A stretch of DNA of 63,170 bases, filler included, from Polymyxa betae A26-41 (Eukaryota > Protista > Endomyxa: Phytomyxea): assembly GCA_003693705.1 (NCBI GenBank). It is 5 parts of 5 records of this genome, joined end to end, with 100 filler letters (N's around TTAATTAATTAA, not from the genome) between each part and the next. Parts side by side here need not be neighbours in the genome. Positions count along the whole stretch, not along the records: positions 54,915 to 63,170 come from RBZT01000166.1; 4 more parts are not named here. One strand, given 5' to 3'. Within the stretch, counting starts at the first letter, position 1, and every line of letters begins with the position of its first letter. Below the pieces are notes generated by a model that saw nothing but the letters and a program-made list of their open reading frames with translations, made no database searches and was not told the origin of the DNA. Shown one piece after another: positions 56,641-63,170 of the stretch. Made by a program: the position numbers and the translations under genes.

Positions 56641-59589
56641 AAACTGCATTTCAGCAAAGTCTTCTCACCTATGTTGGTCTTGTTTAACATCGGTGTTGGC
56701 TTCCTCTATCTTGCAGATTCAATCTGAGACATCACTGAATGCAACTCTAGGGATAACTTAAGACCTTTCGATGCAGAAATATGCAGAGCTTTCATTAACG
56801 ATGAGACGAAGGCAAATTATCAGAAAGTATTGCAACGGCTGGACGATCCGGACCTTCCTATTGATTCTGCTGAGAGACCCATCGAAGTTGCCTTTCTCGA
56901 GAAGGTACAAACACGCTCTTGAATGGCTCATCGGTTTAATTTCTGCTGCATTTATGTCGCTTTGCTTTTCTCATGTGGGGTGCTCCGAAGCTGAGTTGGT
57001 GTTTTTTGAATGGCGCCCTTTCCTTATCTGTTCATCGTTTTCACAATTTATGTCCACAGATGATCATCGCCGGCGGAATTCTTATCACATCTAAAGACAA
57101 AAAAGTCTCCGATTTCGGTCGGCAATTGGCAAAGCTTGCTCTAGATCTGATAGCCAATATTTCTCCTTTCGTTCGCAATTGGCGATTCTCAAATGACCAA
57201 AATGGCAACAACACTTTATTGAACGCCCTTCTGGCTTATAAGTTTCGATTCGACGATACTGACATTCAGACGCTCCGCTATCTTGTCAACAAAATGGATG
57301 AAGAAGTCCTCAATACTCTGAATGCCAAACCACAATCTGCCTTAGAATTAGCGATTTTGTAGGTCAATTTCCATTGATTATTTTGTTTGCTTTTGTTTCT
57401 TCCTTCTTAGTCATCATTATCCGTCTGAGTTCTTCATACAGTGCTTATGAAGATGAAGAGCTTCTTCTATTTTCATTGAGACAGCGAACCTCTAAAGAAA
57501 ACCAGCTGTCGGCACTGAAAAATTCATTCAACAAAGTCGATGTGTTTACTTGGGTGTCTGTATTCGGCCCAATCTGTAAGGACTTCATTGTTGAGAATGG
57601 CTACAATATGGAACGCACCTTCGCACGACTTGGGATTCCTTATGTCGACGAAGTAGATTTTTATCTGCGTATCAACTTCTTCATTGCCCAGAAGCCTTTT
57701 CTCCCAAGCTTCATGATCTTATTTGACATCGAATGCCAAGCTGCGCTTGAAGTTCTTGGCAAGTAAGTCGTTTTGCATGGTTTCCTGTATTTTTCGCTTT
57801 ACTTTCCTTTGCGACATAACGATCAAACTTTCACAAACGATACTTGCGACTTTAACACATTCGTTTCACTCTTTCGTGATGTAACATTATACTGCGCGTT
57901 TCTTTCACCCCATTCTTATACAAAATTATTTCCGTAGGCTTTATCATCCAGAACAACTCGAATTCTTAGTGGAAGGGTCAGAATATCTTCCATTTCGTCA
58001 AGATGTAATTAATTATCTTTTGCAGAAACCCATTCAAGTTCTTCGCATTCCTGGAAGAAACTTGTGAATGGGTGACCCTTCCAGATAATGTTATACACTC
58101 TCAAAAGCTCGCAATTGATGCCATACCTGAAGACAAAGCTAAAGAGACATTCGGCCAACTGTTTAACTTATATGTGCAGAGGCTCGTAACTTTTAAACTT
58201 TTGGTTGGATTTCGCTGTTGTTTGCTTGTCCGTTGCGCAGCCCCTAAATTCCGAAATGTAGATCCGATATTGATCCAAATGCGGTGTTGAACTTCAACCA
58301 AGTTTTCCAGCATGATTCTGACACGCATATGCAACTTTGCGTTGCATTATTTGCGGCTATCAACTGCAAACAGAAGCTAAATTTCCTCAAGACCGTCTTT
58401 GCGGGATTCCCAGAATCCCTCGTTGTCAAACTGATCCTTCAGTTCTTTATATTGTAAGTCGCTCTGCAGATTGTTTACTCAGCCGCTTCTCGTTTTCTAA
58501 CGTGGGTTTGTTACATGCTTTTGAGTTCTGCTGTATGCATGTAGTTGGGCTTCCGTTTACATTCCTCTCTTCTTGATAGCATCGATTTAAAACATTTCAT
58601 TTTCTAACATACACTGATTGTAGCCATTTCGAACTATTTGACTTGAAAGCCGACTTTTTCGGTCTGCTTGATCGAGCTTTGCAAAGGCTACGCACGAATG
58701 ATCCCCAATTTCAGTCTGATGCCACTAACATCGCATTTATCGCCTCGCAACTCTGTCTGTATTTGCTGAAATTAAACTACATCAAGCCTGCCATGTTTAC
58801 GTTCATGCTGCTACTGGAACGTGGTGCTCGAGACACACCGCCAGTTTTTCTGGAGGACTTCTTTCATTCTAACCGTTGGACAGAAAATATGGATTCGCTC
58901 CAGATTCTTTTAAAAGGCGCCGTTATGCATATCATGGCCTGTAGCCCGCAACATCAAAACCTTCAATTGATTGGTTATGCCATGAACGGCATGACTGGCG
59001 TGTCACTGGCTCAGATCTATCTTTCTTCATGGTCCTCTCTCGAGTTGTTGCTTGAAAATCGTCTAGACTCGGAGTCTGAATCAGCCCAGTGGAAAGGTAT
59101 CGTTTCAGCCTCATTCTCTTTTATGACGTGAGTCCATTCAGCCTCATTCTCTTTTATGACGTGAGTCCATTCAGCCTCATTCTCTTTTATGACGTGAGTC
59201 CATGAACCTACGGTTCTGAAATTTGTGTCAGTTACTGTCAAGCTGATCGATTCTGCGATGGAGCTCTTCCAGAGTTCTGCTGAGATGGTATGAGGTGCAC
59301 GTCGACTCTTTGTCATTCAGCTCTGACCAAAATACAGAGCAGCAATGATTGCTCGATTTGCCTGGATGCTGAACGACAATCCGAGAAGCGAATTAGTTTG
59401 GCATGTGGACATGGGTTCCATTGGTCATGCATCAAGGGATGGCTACAAAATCAAATGGCATGCCCTTTTTGCCGTGCAGACGCTAAGCCACAAAATCCGG
59501 AGTTCTTGGAGAGACATCGTGGAGACCCGATTTTCAAAAACGATATCGCCACGTCCTGGAATGATCTCAAGCGCACTCTTGCGGAATAA
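56458..59589 (+). CDS. Multi-exon putative secreted RING-H2 E3 ubiquitin ligase
   Basis: MAVAVMIAAVLSSAWA signal peptide; a chain of same-strand ORF/exon pieces; last exon CSIC..CGHGFHWSCIKGWL..CPFCR (C3H2C3). Continuity of all internal exons was not fully verified. Confidence 0.7.
59104..59203 (+). repeat. Perfect 33-bp tandem repeat x3 in an intron
   Basis: TTCAGCCTCATTCTCTTTTATGACGTGAGTCCA three times. Confidence 0.97.
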
Positions 59590-61007
59590 TTTGATCTGAA
59601 TTTAATAGCTTCTTCTGAATTTAACAGCTTCTTCTTACGCTTTAGTTTATACACATGTTTGATGTTAAACAATTGTATTCTCCATTGCCATTAGTAGCTA
59701 TGCTCTGCAAATCTGGACCGCTTTTTTGTCGCTCTACGAGAATGTCCTCTGTATAAAACAAGCAACCTGATGTCAGGTGATCAATTCTCGCATCCATCAA
59801 GTTCGATATCTGTTGAGGATCCTGCGGCTCATACTGTACCGTCCCAGGTCAACCCAAAACTAAAATTTATACACCAGTAATAGCGGGAACACCAAATAGT
59901 AAAGAAGGCTGTGCCTCATGCGGCGACAAGAATGCTGCAGGTCCGCTCGGAAACTATTCTATTCGGGGCGCCGGCTGGCATTCCAAACGGGTGGAATCAA
60001 CATTATTACAATTGTGCGTTCGGTCGAGACCCTTGTCGAACGAACAGATCTCAGCTTAGATCAAAGACCACTAAGTCGTTCTGGGTCATTTCTTGTTGTC
60101 ATTGGCTCTCCCATAATTGATAGGGTCGGGAGAATGGAAATTTATCAACTTTGAGAGAGTATTGAATATTCCCAATAAAAATGCGAGTGCACATATGATG
60201 CCTGCACAAAAATATATCCTTGCGAAGGCAGATTCGTAGTTGAGTGCTTGCAAAGAATGCAGGTGGATCTTGCGGAATAATAGCTAAGGTTTCGGGTCAA
60301 TTAACGTGCCTCTTCACCAGGAATTTCGTCTTGCCATTTGGAAACGTTTCTGGCTCTCTGCTGCTGACATTATCAGCTCGATAAACTCATTCGATATGGA
60401 GCCTGGCGCTGTTTTGTCCTAAAGACATGAAATAATCTCATCGGTGATTAATTGAAGATTTGCATTGGGATTTCGTGTCTCGATTGATTCGCTTACTAGA
60501 TGCCCGGAAGGTCGACGACCTGTGCATGTTTTTGCGGACTTCCAATCCAAGGTGAAGGTCATGGGCAACAAGTTTTGGCGCTCAAAGGAGGCAAATGTGC
60601 TTTTGCTTGCAGCGATTCCTCTGAACTTGATTGCGAAATGTCTGCTGAATCACTGTTTTCCAGGGATTCCTTTCTTGAAGATAATCCGGATTTATCATTG
60701 CGGTTGCTGAAACGGCTGAATTCCTTCGTGAATCCGGTTCTGTGCTTGCAGAAGAAATTCATCTGAACATTTGGCTATATTATCAAGAGTTCCAAACAAG
60801 ATGCAAAAGGAATTTTTTGTTGAATGGGCTCTAGCGGAGTTTTCAGCTTCCCTTTTTTCTCAATCTGCGGTATTGCGGATTTTGAAAAAGTTCAATTCTG
60901 AAGCTGCCAGGTTTGGGAACTTAACCAATGAGCAAGTGCAAAAGTTTTTCGAAGCCCTCTCAAGCGTAATGGCTACAGCAGAAAAAAAAAAACAAAAAGA
61001 GCTGACC

Positions 61008-61145
61008 TAGCAAGAAGCCCTGCTGATATTTTCCGGAAAATTTGGAATGAAGTTCTCGGTCTAAGAGCTAAAGACGCAATACACGAGAAAAGTTCTTCGG
61101 CAGCCCAGGCCGACGAAAAAATCGCTGCTATAATGACAGCCGCAT
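61008..61145 (-). pseudogene. Paralogous first exon of the RING gene, ATG out of frame
   Basis: AVIIAAIFSSAWAAEELFSCIASLALRPRTSF versus AVMIAAVLSSAWAAEDLLLRFSSLSLRPRTSF; same GTCAGC donor; only 2 nt between ATG and GCT-GTC versus 6 nt in the left copy. Confidence 0.6.
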
Positions 61146-61725
61146 CTTTGCTTGGCCATCGACGGGAGTGACATCACAGCATCTCTGGAGATACCGTTTG
61201 GGGTAGGGTTTGGGGAAGGGTTTGGGGTTATTTTTGTATGAGCGCAGCCCGCGCGCATTTCCTGCACCTTGGAAAGAGAGAAGCCCTTCAGATATGAGTG
61301 ACCGCACCCATAATGTGCAGCAGCCCTCTGCTTTGTGCCGAGTCGATATTTATAACACCATGGGGACTGTCAATGTGTCATGACTCATTCCAAAATAAGC
61401 GCAGCCTCTGAGTAGCTTTATAATGATTCGTATTCTGAAAATGGAGGCGATGGGGATTGCCGCTGGTGTCTGCGACAGCCGTCAGATCCGATAGGCAGGG
61501 CCGGTTGGTCTGAGTCTGCCGGTTTCATGCAATTAAGTTTTCGCATTGGTCGTGATGCGAGCTCAGCACATTTTTTCACCCATTCGCTATTTAGTTGAAA
61601 GGGAAGCAGTAGTTCATGGAGGTTGAAGAGACGCCTATGAAATCAAGATGATCCTGTTATGATTGACTGTAGAGATATCCTCGTTCTAATTCGAGCCTGG
61701 AAACCTGGACCAGCTTCTCGTTTAA

Positions 61726-63109
61726 TCAATTGCAGCATAATGTCGCAAGGACGAAGATATATACACACATTACACTAATACCCGCTCCAGAAGGCAGATA
61801 ATTCTTGGCCCATAAAGGAATTACTCCCTCCGTTCCAATAATGATAGTCCGATTTGCGCACTTCTGAAAACGTAAGAAGAGAAAAATTCCAAAACCCCGT
61901 GGAATAAAAAACTGCGTTCTACTCATTACGAGCTTTCAGGAGGTATCCTTATTTCTAGATGGGGGTTGATAGAGGCCGCGCTATGGCCCTCCAAAACCGA
62001 GGTTCCGGGGTGAACCAGGGGAAATCTCCCGCCACGTTCGAAATTTGCAGCATCATCGCCCTGCGTGGTTGAAAATGGAAACCAGAGGGTCTGAGAAAGT
62101 CAATTTATCAAATGATAGCCGAAGAAAAGCTAAACAGTGTGTTTCTGTCTTTGCAGATGGCAATGGAAGGTTGTTTGAAAGACGGAGGCGGAAACGGGTA
62201 TGCGTTGGCTCATATGGGCAAAGACAGATTGCGCAACGAGGGACGTCTGCCCGTCTCAATTATCTGTGACGAATCTGTTGTCCAGAAGGCGCAATCAACG
62301 CTCGAAAACCTCGAAAAGTAGCACTTTGTGAAAGCAGAATTAAAATCGGACAATCATTATTGAACAAAATTTTCCGTGAAATCGGACTATCATTTTTGAA
62401 AGGAGGGAGTATATAGAATGGCAAGTATAAGAAGGGAGAAACAACAATGGAAGCAATCACACCCGGAATCAGACCCTGAATTAGAAATTTCAATTTTGGA
62501 ATAAATGGAGGTAAACATCTATCAGTCAATGACAGCAAACAACGACAGATGACAATCTGGATATTGAAAGCAGTAATAAAAAGAAGAAATGATTCAATGA
62601 TGACAAAGAAACGAACCTCATGGTCAACTAATCTGACCCAGAAGATTAGAGCGATTACAAAGAAGCTGAGCAAGCCAATAGCGACGGCGGTGGGTATGAC
62701 GTGAACTATCCATAATGAAGGGACAAATGTTGGTAGCAATGCAGCGATAATCAACATTATCAATAGTAAAGGACTCTGCCGCATACCTGATGGATTCCAG
62801 AACTTTTCCAAGAGGTAATCATAGAGCGTATTAATCAGCAATCTGGAGCGTGAAAACAGAAATGATCAATTAAAGAAAAGGGGAGATAACGAGTTCGAAA
62901 GCATCTACATTAAACTCTGTAAATGAATGAACAATCATGAACACCACCTTAATTTGGCTGAATGGGGAAATAACATGCCAGATTCTGTCGAATGCAGCAG
63001 AGCGCACAGAAACATTCTGATGTATTATGGTCAATGTGTTGCCGAGAAAAATCAATACAGACTCACAGATTGATTTTGAACATTTCCTGGTCGCATCTGT
63101 ATGAAACAT
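61726..63109 (-). pseudogene. Multi-pass membrane protein (right copy) interrupted by the MITE
   Basis: ORF 62260-62841 matches the left copy up to LPFYI, and homology resumes (IPLWAKNYLPS) after the insertion. Confidence 0.65.
61824..62409. mobile_element. Stowaway-like MITE (Tc1/mariner non-autonomous element), 586 bp, TA TSD
   Basis: TIRs CTCCCTCCGTTCCAATAATGATAGTCCGATTT and CTCCCTCCTTTCAAAAATGATAGTCCGATTT; TA on both sides (61822-61823, 62410-62411); empty site TTCTATATAATTCC in the left arm (~55740-55753). Confidence 0.93.
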
Positions 63110-63170
63110 AAGAGATCAGAATATTAATTCGGAAGTTCGTGAACACAGGAGGCGAGATTACGTACCTGAT

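Larger units (their letters stand above)
60960..63170 (-). repeat. Right arm of the inverted duplication (contains the MITE insertion)
   Basis: Reverse-complement similarity to 54915-56640, including the membrane-protein ORF, the intergenic block and exon 1 of the RING gene. Confidence 0.92.

Noticed and set aside
59104-59203. 33-bp repeats as a CRISPR array
   Set aside because: No spacers, no cas genes, and an intronic eukaryotic context.
2140-59589. Apparent cluster of ubiquitin-system genes (CRT10-like, F-box, USP-like, RING)
   Set aside because: They lie on five artificially joined contigs, so physical clustering cannot be claimed.
61960-62035. GC-rich segment ending CCA resembling a tRNA
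   Set aside because: No valid D or T arm consensus or cloverleaf; it lies inside the MITE.

Overview
Eukaryotic (protist-type) genomic DNA with short GT-AG introns. It is five contigs (1-13198, 13299-29480, 29581-41647, 41748-54814, 54915-63170) joined by artificial 100-nt N/TTAATTAATTAA linkers, so adjacency across linkers is not biological evidence. Gene content (many signal-peptide orphans; F-box/ankyrin, RING and USP-like proteins; TTTAGGG-type repeats) suggests a plant-parasitic protist such as a plasmodiophorid, which is inference only. Supported features: four complete tRNA genes (two intron-containing Lys-CTT, Cys-GCA, Val-AAC) and one truncated tRNA-Cys; CRT10-like WD40, HSP20 and J-domain genes; a voltage-sensor/PTEN-type gene whose catalytic Cys is Ser; a secreted RING-H2 gene; two signal-peptide genes sharing an unrecognised Cys-rich repeat domain; and TE remnants (Penelope-like RT, pogo/DDE_1, Ty3/Gypsy chromovirus, two copia-type 5' ends, MULE, a Stowaway-like MITE with its empty site visible). 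The most unusual DNA-level signals are islands strongly enriched in the palindromic pentamer GTWAC across both introns and exons, and short telomere-repeat tracts in or next to most genes. All counts and alignments were done by eye.
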